Below are positions 47,097-57,171 of a DNA stretch of 58,998 nucleotides, one piece after another (positions within the stretch are counted from its first letter, which is position 1; each line of letters opens with the position of its first letter). The DNA comes from Bacillota bacterium (GTDB taxonomy: Bacteria > Bacillota > Clostridia > Oscillospirales > CAG-272): assembly GCA_029219205.1 (NCBI GenBank), contig JAQXSY010000030.1, positions 1 through 58,998 of the forward strand. The letters run 5' to 3'. A program made the translations under genes and the position numbers. The notes below the pieces were generated by a model. It saw only the letters and a program-made list of their open reading frames with translations, ran no database searches and was not told the origin of the DNA.

Positions 47097-50091
47097 TTAC
47101 AACATATCCGAGACCGCTTATAGTGTAACCATCAGCGGTAACGTCAAATGTATTGTAGTTGAGAATAAACTGATAACCGTTTTCAAAAGTTACACGAACG
47201 ATCATACCGTTATCAGATATGTATTTTGTCGATCCTTCATCATCATAGACCGGCAGAACGGGCTTCGCGCTGGGAACATACTCCGTTCCGGTTCTTTCAG
47301 CAAATTTCTTCGCGCGCTCCTCCTCTGCTTCCCATTCAGCGAGAATCTTTTCGGCTTCTTTTTCAACTGCAAGCTTTGCTGCTTCGTCAGCTGCAAGCTC
47401 ACCCGCCGTGGGAATTCTGTTTCCGACAAGGAATTCATGATACTTTATCGGAGAATACTGAACCTTTGAAAGAACCTCGTTAAGCTCGTTGTAAAGCGAA
47501 ATCAGGTCTTCCTTCCAAATTGAATAGGAAACCGAATAATACTTTGAAAGTGTTTTATTATTCTTGAGGCTTGCCTCATTCTGATATGCAAAGACGAAGT
47601 ACGGGCTTGCACCGTTTTCGAGTATTTTAAGCTTCTCCTGACGAATATCGCCAGCCATGTTTGTCGCCGTTCCGGAGAAGTTTATGTAGCTGTGGAATAC
47701 CATTCCAAACAACGGTATGGATTCGCTTGCATAAGTAAAGTTACTCGAATCGAGCGATACATTCAGTACATGATCGACATACGGGAGTGTGTACGCGTTT
47801 CCGGAGTCAACCATAACTTTGCCGTATTTTTCCTTGATTTTTGCAAGGACTTCGGAAACGAAGACCTTTGAGTCCTCGCGGTTGTAAGGATCCTTCGAGT
47901 CGAAATCGGAGTTCAGATCAGATCCGAGCGTTGCAAAGGATACGCCGTCTGCTCCAAGCTTATCAAGGGAGTTGCTGAGTTTTCCAAAGAGTTTGTCAAA
48001 TACCGACGGAGAAATTGCGATAAGACCTGTTTTCTCGAAATACTGAAGCGTTGCACTATATGTACGCTTCTGGGTATAACGCTTGTCGATTGTCTTAATG
48101 CCGTCGGTTTTCAGAGAGAAATCGTCGAACATAACGTCTTTATATGTGTAAGATATATCGAAATCAGGATATACCTCAACACCTTTTTCCGCCGCATATT
48201 CGAGGAAATCTTTATAGCCGTTGTTGCCGCCGGCCGTCTTTTCAAATTTGATCTTTGTCGGGAACGTATTTTCAAGTCCGCCGTTAATAAATCCTGTGAG
48301 ACGGTAGATTATCCTGTTTATACCGGCCTCATTCAATTCGCTTGTCATGGTTTTAAGGTTTTCAAAAGTCGTCAGAGGCTTTTTGACCATGACAGGCACG
48401 GACATGATTCTTTCCTGAACGTCCGTTACGCCAAGCGTTTCGATGTAGAGCGGTATGTCGCTGTTTGTGTTATCAACAGGTGAAATGTATTCGTTGCTGA
48501 TAAGATAATCTCTGTAGGCTTTCGCCATACCGACATACGATGTCTCGTAATAATCGGTAATGTTATTCTCTTCCGCATAATTCGGGTCGGTAAGCATTAT
48601 GTATCTGATACGATAGCTTCCGGAATATTTACGGTCAGAGGTTACCGAGAAAGTCGCATCTCCGCTTATGGAAATAGACGAACCGAGGTTGTACGAGTCA
48701 GAAGGGCGCGGGTCGAAGCGCGTATATGTCGAATTATACTTGTGAATAGTATTGACGCCGTGGTCAGTTATTATGGTTGCAAGCGCGTCGCCTTCTTCTA
48801 TTATTGCAACATAGCCGTTGGACAAAACATATCCTTCGTCTATAACCTTACCGTTTTCGTCATACTCTACTCCGTATACGTGATCTTCCACGAGTCCGAA
48901 CAGCGGCAGACGCATAACCTGCTGATGCTGTTCGCCTATGTTGTGGTAGGCGTAGTCGATACCGTACAGCTTACCGGAAATTGCCCGCGATGTCGCCTGC
49001 TTCAGCGTATCCTCAAATCTTACGATTGTGCCTGCGCCGTCGGGAATCATCGTATATCCGGTATATTCGGAAGAACCTGCTCCGAAGTACGGGAGTATCA
49101 TTATATAATTGAGAGAATATGCGCTTTCGTCAAAACGAATACTGTTTGCGGGCAGACGAACCGACAGTCCCTGCTCGTCAAGGTAGTATTCAAGCGCAAG
49201 TCTGAAAAGTGCGGGATCCTTGTCGTTGCCCTCATATTTAGTCTTTTCATGGTCTTTTTCAAGCTGTTCATATGTGTAATGAGGACAGAATTCTTTAATA
49301 ATTGCCTCACATTTGTTCAGCTCGCGTTCAGTTGCTGCATCGTCAAATGTATAAACTGCCATTTCACGGGTTATCGGGAAGGCAGCCTGCATCTCTCTGC
49401 GTTCACGGTCGGTAATATCAGCGTCGGGGTCCTTAAGAATATAGAATGTTTTAAGGAACTTCAGCTTTGTTTCGTCAGTAATATATGCATAAATCAGTTC
49501 CTCAAGGCGTTCCTTCGGAATAAGCTTCGGAACAAGTTTACGAGTCTCCTGACGACCCATTATATATTCGACGCGAATACCGTTTTTAACGTTTTTACGC
49601 CTAATCTGGTCGCGCTGTGCTGCTTCAACGAAACTGTACATGTACTGATCGCCGGTGCCGCCGGAGAACTTAATTATTATCTGCGAAAGCAGCTGGTTTT
49701 TGATATTATCGGAAGGATATCTTTTTAAGTTCGGAAGGCCGACAGCAACGTCATACGGGTTTGTTGAAAGAATCTGGCCCGTCGACTTGTTTACAACGGC
49801 AACTTCGCCTGTATAATCTTCATAATACAGCTGGTAGCCGTAGCGGTCAAGCACAAGCTCCATGGTTTCGAGTTTTTCTTCCATGGAATAGAATTTTTTG
49901 GTGAGGTAATTTGTCACTACCTCTTCTTCTTCTTCGCCGTCTTCTTTGTTTTCTTCGCTTTCATCCTGATTTTCGGTTTCGACTTCATCTGCAGCGTCAT
50001 CTGCAAAAACCGGAAAGATGGAAAGCGGAATCAATGCACCGAGAACCAGGCAGAAGGTCAGCAGTGCAGATAAAAACCTGATCAATTTCAT
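47086..50091 (-). CDS. large secreted protein of unknown function (possibly DUF5696-like)
   Basis: 1001 aa. Signal peptide (LSIFPVFA/DD) followed by an acidic tract DESEENKEDGEEEEE. C-terminal charged helix AADEAAKLAVEKEAEKILAEWEAEEERAKK. No motif I can tie to a characterised enzyme family. Confidence 0.6.
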   Translation of the reverse strand: MKLIRFLSALLTFCLVLGALIPLSIFPVFADDAADEVETENQDESEENKEDGEEEEEVVTNYLTKKFYSMEEKLETMELVLDRYGYQLYYEDYTGEVAVVNKSTGQILSTNPYDVAVGLPNLKRYPSDNIKNQLLSQIIIKFSGGTGDQYMYSFVEAAQRDQIRRKNVKNGIRVEYIMGRQETRKLVPKLIPKERLEELIYAYITDETKLKFLKTFYILKDPDADITDRERREMQAAFPITREMAVYTFDDAATERELNKCEAIIKEFCPHYTYEQLEKDHEKTKYEGNDKDPALFRLALEYYLDEQGLSVRLPANSIRFDESAYSLNYIMILPYFGAGSSEYTGYTMIPDGAGTIVRFEDTLKQATSRAISGKLYGIDYAYHNIGEQHQQVMRLPLFGLVEDHVYGVEYDENGKVIDEGYVLSNGYVAIIEEGDALATIITDHGVNTIHKYNSTYTRFDPRPSDSYNLGSSISISGDATFSVTSDRKYSGSYRIRYIMLTDPNYAEENNITDYYETSYVGMAKAYRDYLISNEYISPVDNTNSDIPLYIETLGVTDVQERIMSVPVMVKKPLTTFENLKTMTSELNEAGINRIIYRLTGFINGGLENTFPTKIKFEKTAGGNNGYKDFLEYAAEKGVEVYPDFDISYTYKDVMFDDFSLKTDGIKTIDKRYTQKRTYSATLQYFEKTGLIAISPSVFDKLFGKLSNSLDKLGADGVSFATLGSDLNSDFDSKDPYNREDSKVFVSEVLAKIKEKYGKVMVDSGNAYTLPYVDHVLNVSLDSSNFTYASESIPLFGMVFHSYINFSGTATNMAGDIRQEKLKILENGASPYFVFAYQNEASLKNNKTLSKYYSVSYSIWKEDLISLYNELNEVLSKVQYSPIKYHEFLVGNRIPTAGELAADEAAKLAVEKEAEKILAEWEAEEERAKKFAERTGTEYVPSAKPVLPVYDDEGSTKYISDNGMIVRVTFENGYQFILNYNTFDVTADGYTISGLGYVVIEP

Positions 50092-50128
50092 AATATTTCT
50101 ATCTTCTCCTATCTTCTTCCGTTACCGG

Positions 50129-52270
50129 TTACATTCGGTAAGACAATTCGGTTGCTATGCTGGAAACAAAGCCGACCATCTTCGTTACTATGTTCGAGAA
50201 CAAAAGTCCAAGGAACATAATGACCGCCATTCCGACAATTGTTCCGACACATGTTATCACATTCTTGAACAGCGTGTAGTCATGGGTTACCATCATTCCG
50301 AAGAACAGCAGCAAGCCGACCCATACCCAACCGATGGAATTCAACGTTGTATAAACGGTGGTCTCGGATTGTGTAAGTATGTGGGTTATGATCGTTGAGG
50401 GAATTATGAACAGCGGAAGCGGCATCAAAGAATACGCAGTTGCAATAAATACATCCTTGAAGCTTCCTTCGCCCTCAAAGAGCGTCGTAAGACACCAGTT
50501 TGCCGTAACCCAAAGAATTATAGGCACAATAAGTGAAAGCGCCTGCATGAAAACGCTGGAATAAGTGGCTCTCGGATTGAAAATGTAAGAGCGGCCGATT
50601 GCCTGGTACGAAAATGCGACAGCCGAAAGCAGAATAATAAACAATCCTGCGCGAACGGAACCGCGCTTTTCATGCTTCAGATCCCAGAAGCCGTCGAAAG
50701 GATGGAGCATTATATGGAACACATACATAAATTCCTGCCAGAACGTACGCTTGCCCTTATAAAGTTCACCCTTTTTGTTAACTTTCTTTGCGTAACCTGA
50801 AAATAGAACGAGCAGCCATATCAGAACAATTACTGCGATCGGAACTATCAGGAAATATCTCGACGCCCAGTTTGTACGGTACATACCGAAGGCCATTGAG
50901 TAATTCTTGATATCGTAGGCGTTCTTGAAGTACTCCATCGCCTGCGTCCATTCGCCGTTTCTGTAATAAGCTTTTCCGATTCCGACATATGCGGCATCGA
51001 AGTTACTGTTTCTCTGAAGAATTTTGAACCAGTCGTTTATTGCCTCGTCATATTTTCTGTCGTTATCGTTTTTCAGAGCGCCGAGGAGAATGTCGCCGTA
51101 CTCGGTTCTCGTATAGACGGTTATGTTGTTGGCCGTCTTATCAAGGACGAGCATTGTTTCGTCCTGATAAACGATTGCCTCTATGGACTGAAGACATCCC
51201 ATCATGTTTCCGGTATCACCAAAAGCAAACAGGAGGTTGCCGAATGAGTCGTATGTGTAGATTTTGTTTCGTTTTTCGTCGATTATCGACCATGTTCCTT
51301 CCGGCCCGAGAGCAACGTCGATTATCTTGGAAGCACCTTTGATCGAGCTTACAAGCGAGTCATTGTTAACCTTAACTTCTCCGCCGGGGCCGAAGAAGCC
51401 GTTTCTTCCGAGGATATCGTCTCCGGATGCGTTGAACATTTTTACGGGAGCATAATCCGCAGAATTATTCTTAATTGAATCCTGCTGATTTGCTTCATCA
51501 ATCGACGATGTGGTTACGTAGATAAAACCTCTGTCGTCTATTGTGATGTTGTTATACTCCGTAGGTATATACTGAGTGGAAAGAGCTCTCTGCTCGGCTG
51601 TCTGGAACTGCCTCCAGAAAATATCAATCGCACTGTAGGCAACCTTCTGCGCTCCGACATATGACTGGAATTCGCCGTTGCTGTTAAGAGAAAGTATACC
51701 CTGATATGTTGTTGAAGAAACAACATAAATACGTTCCGAAGCGTCGACGGCAAGTGCAACCGGTTTATAGATCGCATTATCCTCGAAGATGTTGGATTCA
51801 GGCTCTTCAAGGTGCTTTATATAATTGCCCTCAAGGTCGAAAATTACGATTCGGTTGTTTTCTGTGTCGGCGACATAGATCTTGTCTTTTGTAACAAACA
51901 AACCGGACGGAGTGTTCAGACTGTCATATACGCCGTGCGAGTTAAGGAAGTTTTCACCGAATGTGAATCTGAGTCGGTAGTATGGGTCAAGCGCAACAAT
52001 ACGGTTGTTTGCCGCATCTGCAATATATACATTGTTTGATTTGTCAACAACGAGATCGCGAGGATCGCTTATTGCCACATCAAGTCCCATATACTTCGAG
52101 TCCACCTGCATAACGGGTGTGTAGGCGTCCGGCGAAAGAAGCGGTTCGCCGTCTATCGAATAGGTGTAGGTTGAATATGCTGCCGCATATGCCGGAAATG
52201 CGCAGCCAAATGCCATAAGAAGCGCAGCCGCAGTTATAAGAGCTGTTTTTAGAAGCTTTTTCATTTTCAT
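50129..52270 (-). CDS. fusion protein: signal peptide, NHL-repeat beta-propeller, TPR, C-terminal Yip1-like 5-TM domain
   Basis: 713 aa with repeated NHL-like units (ADAANNRIVALD, ADTENNRIVIFD and others). TPR-like segment YDEAINDWFKILQRNSNFDAAYVGIGKAYYRNGEWTQAMEYFKNAYD. Five hydrophobic helices follow to the C-terminus. Confidence 0.7.
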   Translation of the reverse strand: MKMKKLLKTALITAAALLMAFGCAFPAYAAAYSTYTYSIDGEPLLSPDAYTPVMQVDSKYMGLDVAISDPRDLVVDKSNNVYIADAANNRIVALDPYYRLRFTFGENFLNSHGVYDSLNTPSGLFVTKDKIYVADTENNRIVIFDLEGNYIKHLEEPESNIFEDNAIYKPVALAVDASERIYVVSSTTYQGILSLNSNGEFQSYVGAQKVAYSAIDIFWRQFQTAEQRALSTQYIPTEYNNITIDDRGFIYVTTSSIDEANQQDSIKNNSADYAPVKMFNASGDDILGRNGFFGPGGEVKVNNDSLVSSIKGASKIIDVALGPEGTWSIIDEKRNKIYTYDSFGNLLFAFGDTGNMMGCLQSIEAIVYQDETMLVLDKTANNITVYTRTEYGDILLGALKNDNDRKYDEAINDWFKILQRNSNFDAAYVGIGKAYYRNGEWTQAMEYFKNAYDIKNYSMAFGMYRTNWASRYFLIVPIAVIVLIWLLVLFSGYAKKVNKKGELYKGKRTFWQEFMYVFHIMLHPFDGFWDLKHEKRGSVRAGLFIILLSAVAFSYQAIGRSYIFNPRATYSSVFMQALSLIVPIILWVTANWCLTTLFEGEGSFKDVFIATAYSLMPLPLFIIPSTIITHILTQSETTVYTTLNSIGWVWVGLLLFFGMMVTHDYTLFKNVITCVGTIVGMAVIMFLGLLFSNIVTKMVGFVSSIATELSYRM

Positions 52271-52280
52271 ACCCTCCTGT

Positions 52281-53144
52281 TCAGCCCTTCATTCCGGACG
52301 ATCCCATTGTTTCAACGATCTTACTCTGGTTGATAATGAATATCGTAATCGGTACGCTCATCATCAAAATTGCAGCGGCGGAACCTGCACCGGCCGAAAC
52401 ACCTGAGATCGTTGCAATAGCCGTGTTGAAAGTTTTAAGCTGTTCGCTCCAAACATAGCCCGAAGCGCCCGAGTTCCATACGCCCTGGAAGGTTGTAACG
52501 ATAAGCGTCAGCCATGCAGGTTTGACAAGCGGCATAACTATTCGCCAATAGATCTGGAGCTCCTTCGCCCCGTCTATCCGGGCCGCTTCTATCATTTCGT
52601 CGGATACGTTATCGTCTATAAATTGCTTCATCAAATACAAGCCCATGGTTGACGCCCATACCGGCACAATTGAGATTGTATATGTGTTAAGCCATCCGAG
52701 AGCAACGTAAATAACGAACGAGGTAAGGCCGGATATAACCGAACTGATCATAAGAGAATATCTTATAACCATAAATATGAAATTCGATCCCGGGAATCTG
52801 ATTTTTGAAAGCGCAAACGCCGTTATCGATCCGAAAACCAAGCATCCGAAAGTTGCGCACACCGATATAATTATCGTGTTGAATATGTATCTTGAAACCG
52901 GAACCCAGGTTATGTTCAGGTTTGTGAAAAGGTCGATAAAGTTCTGAAGCGTCGGCTTCATAACATAGAATCTCGGCGGCGTTATCGAACGTTCACCTAG
53001 CGGCTTGAACGCCGTGATAACAAGATACCACATGGGAAGAAACATGAAGAGTCCCATTATCGAGAGAACAATGGTTATTACCGTATCTCCTCCTGCTGAC
53101 CGGTTCAGGACAACAGCGTGTTTTCTCACTCTGAGTTTTTTCAT
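52281..53144 (-). CDS. carbohydrate ABC transporter permease (MalG-like), first pair
   Basis: 287 aa with 6 TM helices and the EAA loop EAARIDGAKELQIYWRIVMP. Confidence 0.9.
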   Translation of the reverse strand: MKKLRVRKHAVVLNRSAGGDTVITIVLSIMGLFMFLPMWYLVITAFKPLGERSITPPRFYVMKPTLQNFIDLFTNLNITWVPVSRYIFNTIIISVCATFGCLVFGSITAFALSKIRFPGSNFIFMVIRYSLMISSVISGLTSFVIYVALGWLNTYTISIVPVWASTMGLYLMKQFIDDNVSDEMIEAARIDGAKELQIYWRIVMPLVKPAWLTLIVTTFQGVWNSGASGYVWSEQLKTFNTAIATISGVSAGAGSAAAILMMSVPITIFIINQSKIVETMGSSGMKG

Positions 53145-53146
53145 TG

Positions 53147-54112
53147 TTATTGTCCCACCTTTGAAAGAAATTTCTGAACCACAATGTTGGTACCCATCAT
53201 TATAAAGAAGAGTACAAGCGATATCGCCGAAGCGTATCCGAACTCAAAACGCGTCCCCATATACTCAGACAAATGATGTTGCAAAGTCCACGCGCAATAG
53301 TCCGTTGAAGGGTTGCCGCACAAGGCGTTAACAACTCCTCCAAATCCGAATGCACCTGTGATTGAAAGCACCGCTCCGAAAAGAAGCGTGTTCTTCATCT
53401 GCGGCAGGGTTATGTACCAGGCTTCCTGCCAACGGTTTTTAATTCCGTCAATCGCCCCCGCTTCGTAAAGCGAACGGTCGACACCCTGAAGACCCGCGAT
53501 ATTCGCAAGGAATCCCATACCAAGCGAACACCATATCTGAATCATTATAACAAGAGGAACAATATATCGAGTATCCTTAAAGAAGGCAATTGGTTTAGTT
53601 ATCATTCCCATCTTCAACAGCCAGCCGTTAATGTATCCGTATATATCGCTCTGGAAAAGAAGCGACCAAACAAGATACGCGGAGCCGGAAATACTCGGAG
53701 CATAGAATATGAAAGTTACAACCGCTCTCGCCTTAGGCGGAAGCTCATTTATAAACCACGCGACTAAGAAAGAAAGTATAAAGCATGCCGGGCCGGTTGC
53801 AACCGCGAACATCATAGTATTCTGGAAAGCCTTTATGAACAGATCGTCTTCAAGGAAGAGGCGGATATAGTTGTCGAGGAATCTCCACTGCGGCCATTCA
53901 AGCATGTTGAAGTCCGTGAAGCTGAGAAGTATCGACAAAATAACCGGGACGACCGTGAACGCGAAAAAGGCAAGGCAGAAGGGAAAGACTAAAACGTAAC
54001 CTACCCATGTACGCTTCATCTCGCTCAGAGTGTACTCAAATTTGGTCATCTCTTTGCGCGACTTATGCTTCTTGGGCGGCTTCTGTTCCTTCATCGCTGC
54101 TGTGTTAGTCAT
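53147..54112 (-). CDS. sugar ABC transporter permease (MalF-like), first pair
   Basis: 321 aa with 6 TM helices and the EAA loop EAGAIDGIKNRWQEAWYITLP. Confidence 0.9.
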   Translation of the reverse strand: MTNTAAMKEQKPPKKHKSRKEMTKFEYTLSEMKRTWVGYVLVFPFCLAFFAFTVVPVILSILLSFTDFNMLEWPQWRFLDNYIRLFLEDDLFIKAFQNTMMFAVATGPACFILSFLVAWFINELPPKARAVVTFIFYAPSISGSAYLVWSLLFQSDIYGYINGWLLKMGMITKPIAFFKDTRYIVPLVIMIQIWCSLGMGFLANIAGLQGVDRSLYEAGAIDGIKNRWQEAWYITLPQMKNTLLFGAVLSITGAFGFGGVVNALCGNPSTDYCAWTLQHHLSEYMGTRFEFGYASAISLVLFFIMMGTNIVVQKFLSKVGQ

Positions 54113-54153
54113 TTTGCGTTTCTCCTTTTTAGATTTTGTCGCAAACAGATTGT

Positions 54154-57100
54154 TTAGCGTTCGCCTTCAATAAGGATCCACTGACCGTTCTGTGTACTGT
54201 TCAGATCGTAATAATCCATACGGAACTCGCGGCGTTTTCTGGATATTTCCTTATTAATATTAAGCACTCTATCGAGCATCTGCGTCGACGGATCGGATGA
54301 TTTTGCATATACATCCTGGAATGCTGCATTGACGTATGTTCCGACAATATAGTTTCCGGGGTACTCGGGAATTCCTACAAGAGCGTCAAGCTGTGTTTTG
54401 ATTGCCTCGTACTCATAATCTGTCCACGCAAGCTTAAGAAGCGCTCCTGTTGTTGCCGTTCCCATTTTTGTTGTCGGGTTTGCGCTTACCGCAAGTGTTT
54501 CCTTTGCCTGAAGGAGCTGCGTCTCTTCGCAAACAGACCACTTCATGTATTCCCATGTTGCCTCGGGATTGTTTGCGCCTCTGGGTATAACAATTGCAGA
54601 AGTTGTTATAGGAGAAGTACGGTTAATCTTGCCCTCTTCATCCTCAAATCCAAGCAGCGGAGCCATTTCCCAAAGTCCACGAAGTTCGTAGAATGACATA
54701 AGCGAGTTGTAGGTTCCGATAGCGTCGGCAATCATGATCGGAATTTCACCTGTTCTGAAACGCGACATATCTTCAACTACAGGGCACTTGTATTTGGTAA
54801 ACAAATCGCAGTACGATTCAAATGCGTCAAGCGATTCGTTTGCATCGACATTGATACGCATTCCGTTATCACGATAGAGCGATCCGCCCTTCTGATAAAT
54901 GAACATATTAAGACCGGCAAGTGCACTCGTCGGAACGGACATCTGCAGGCTCGAGTTCTGAAGTGCGGGAATAACATCGTAAAGTTCATCCCATGTTGTC
55001 GGTATTTTCAGGCCGAGATCGACGAATACGTCAACACGGTAGAAAAGCATATAAAATGAAAGCGATGTCGGCAGACCGTAGGTCGTACCGTAAAGCGTGA
55101 GCGGAGTTGTAGCTGCTTCGCTGAACCATGTCATCGTCTCGTCAAAGCCTTCAAAATCGTTTAGCGGCTCGACTGCGTTTCTGAGTCCCCATGTTATGGT
55201 GTCTGTAGAGCTCATGTTCGAAACGTCGGGACCGATGCCGGCAAGTATCGCCTCGGTCAATCCGGCGGTTATAACCTTAATCGTTACGGATATTCCCGAT
55301 TCCGGAGTGAAGTAGTTATCTATAAGACCTCGCTGAATAAGCGCACTGTCACGTCCGGCAGCCGCATTCGCTATCCACATTTCAACGGTCTTGTCTTCAT
55401 CGTATACAACGTCGCCCTTAAAACCTATCGTGGTATAGTCCATAAAGAAGCTCATTATGAAAGCTCTTATTTCAAACCACGCGCCCTGAAGGAAGTTCGA
55501 CCTTGCCTGAGGAAGCTTCGAATCAACGCCCTGTACAACGAAGTAGTCCAGCTTTATAGGCTGGCCCAACGCAGCATACAGCCAGTTACTGAGCGAGATA
55601 ATGTAGTTCTTGAACGAGACAAAGTTCGGAGCAATCTCATATTCGTTACGCGCCATTTTTTCAAAAAGCGTCGCAACCGTTTCAAGCTGCTGTACCTGGT
55701 CTCCGACCTCGCCTGTTATCTGCTTAAGCTCATCGGCTATGCGGTAAAGCGCGTCTGCAGAGTTACCGATTGTTACTATCGCCTCGGGAACAAGGCGGTT
55801 GAAACCATAGTCACGGTAAGCGTCCGGGACAGGTCCCGTCAGCTGAAGGAGCATCTGATAAGCATCGTTCAGTTCTTCGATCATCTGCTCAATCTCGTAT
55901 ATATAGGGTTCCATATCCCCGAGGACAACTTCGAACGTAAGCGTATTCTTGCCCTCTTGCAGATAGAAGAGGAATTCCTGAGTGCCGTTGTTTAATCCAA
56001 GCACCTGCCAGTCGGGCGAGTACTTGAATCTGAGGTGGCTCGCTTCGGCAAACTGAATCTCGCCGTTGACATAGAGTCTGCGGGACGTAAACATACCGAT
56101 AAGCGAGTTCTGACGGAAACGGGTTACAATTCTGTAAAGTCCCGCTTTCGGAACCTCGACCTCATATCTCATCCACTGGTTTGCAACAGATGCGTCGAGA
56201 TAATTAAACTTAATAACCGCTGGATCCTGAGGCTCTGTGAGCGAAGAAGTACGGTCGTTTGTCGGGAAAAGACAAGCATTTGATACTTTTTCCGGATTCT
56301 CGGCCTGAATCTTTACAGGTTCAACGCCGGTGACTTCTGTCACGCCTTCCGCCTTCATCTTCTCAAGGAATTCGCTGTATGAAATCTCACCCTCATAAGG
56401 ATAAAGTTCAATCGAACTGATTGTCATCGGCTCTCTCGTAGCCTCGAACGTGATCAGATGCTCTCCCTCGGTAAAATAATACTCATACGGAGCCATCGTA
56501 TAACCGAGCCAGTCACGAAGATAATATGTCTGCCATTCAGGCGATTCTTCACGAATGGGTCGTATATCGTTTCCGTTCTTATCCTTTTCGAATGAACCGT
56601 CTTCCAGAGTCTGATACTCCCATACTCTCGGGAAATAATAGTATCTCGATTCAGAGAAAGGGAAATATCCGTCGATATATACCATTCTCTCAATCGTAGT
56701 ATAGGTTCCGGGTTCCGGGTAGTAAGTTATGCGAATCGCATATCTTCCGGTCTCAGGTATCGTCACTTTCCAGGAAGTCTTTCCCGTTGAAGGCGTAGTT
56801 AAAGCTTTGTCCACGCCCACGTAATTTGTCTTGACCTCAACGGCGGCGTCCGTGTTTTCCACGTCGTAATCCGTAACGTCAACGGAGATTGTCTTTTTTC
56901 CCTTCGGAACGTTTTCGTACTTGATATCATAATTCTTGTACGCGATTGTTCCGAGGAATTTCTTTATCTCCGAGACCGTACGGAAGCTGCCGAAGGTCAT
57001 ATCTCCATCCATTGGCGCGCCGGAGCCGTCTTGTTGATCGTCTGTACCGGAAGCCGTAGTCAGGGGCGCGTTGTCCTCAGACGCAAACGCCGGAACGGTC

Positions 57101-57171
57101 ACGAATGTTCCCGCCAGCATCAGCGATGCCAAAAGCACTGCCAATGATTTTTGAAAAAGAGACTTTTTCAT
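54154..57171 (-). CDS. giant extracellular solute-binding protein: two tandem beta-sandwich (CBM-like) modules, helical linker, family-1 SBP domain
   Basis: The start is set at the ATG at 57171 (GGGAGGAAAG RBS) rather than the TTG at 57189. Signal peptide MKKSLFQKSLAVLLASLMLAGTFVTVPAFA. The C-terminal ~420 aa have a family-1 SBP layout (MWIANAAAGRD...YGLPTSLSFYMLFYR...FIYQKGGSLY). Confidence 0.75.
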   Translation of the reverse strand: MKKSLFQKSLAVLLASLMLAGTFVTVPAFASEDNAPLTTASGTDDQQDGSGAPMDGDMTFGSFRTVSEIKKFLGTIAYKNYDIKYENVPKGKKTISVDVTDYDVENTDAAVEVKTNYVGVDKALTTPSTGKTSWKVTIPETGRYAIRITYYPEPGTYTTIERMVYIDGYFPFSESRYYYFPRVWEYQTLEDGSFEKDKNGNDIRPIREESPEWQTYYLRDWLGYTMAPYEYYFTEGEHLITFEATREPMTISSIELYPYEGEISYSEFLEKMKAEGVTEVTGVEPVKIQAENPEKVSNACLFPTNDRTSSLTEPQDPAVIKFNYLDASVANQWMRYEVEVPKAGLYRIVTRFRQNSLIGMFTSRRLYVNGEIQFAEASHLRFKYSPDWQVLGLNNGTQEFLFYLQEGKNTLTFEVVLGDMEPYIYEIEQMIEELNDAYQMLLQLTGPVPDAYRDYGFNRLVPEAIVTIGNSADALYRIADELKQITGEVGDQVQQLETVATLFEKMARNEYEIAPNFVSFKNYIISLSNWLYAALGQPIKLDYFVVQGVDSKLPQARSNFLQGAWFEIRAFIMSFFMDYTTIGFKGDVVYDEDKTVEMWIANAAAGRDSALIQRGLIDNYFTPESGISVTIKVITAGLTEAILAGIGPDVSNMSSTDTITWGLRNAVEPLNDFEGFDETMTWFSEAATTPLTLYGTTYGLPTSLSFYMLFYRVDVFVDLGLKIPTTWDELYDVIPALQNSSLQMSVPTSALAGLNMFIYQKGGSLYRDNGMRINVDANESLDAFESYCDLFTKYKCPVVEDMSRFRTGEIPIMIADAIGTYNSLMSFYELRGLWEMAPLLGFEDEEGKINRTSPITTSAIVIPRGANNPEATWEYMKWSVCEETQLLQAKETLAVSANPTTKMGTATTGALLKLAWTDYEYEAIKTQLDALVGIPEYPGNYIVGTYVNAAFQDVYAKSSDPSTQMLDRVLNINKEISRKRREFRMDYYDLNSTQNGQWILIEGER

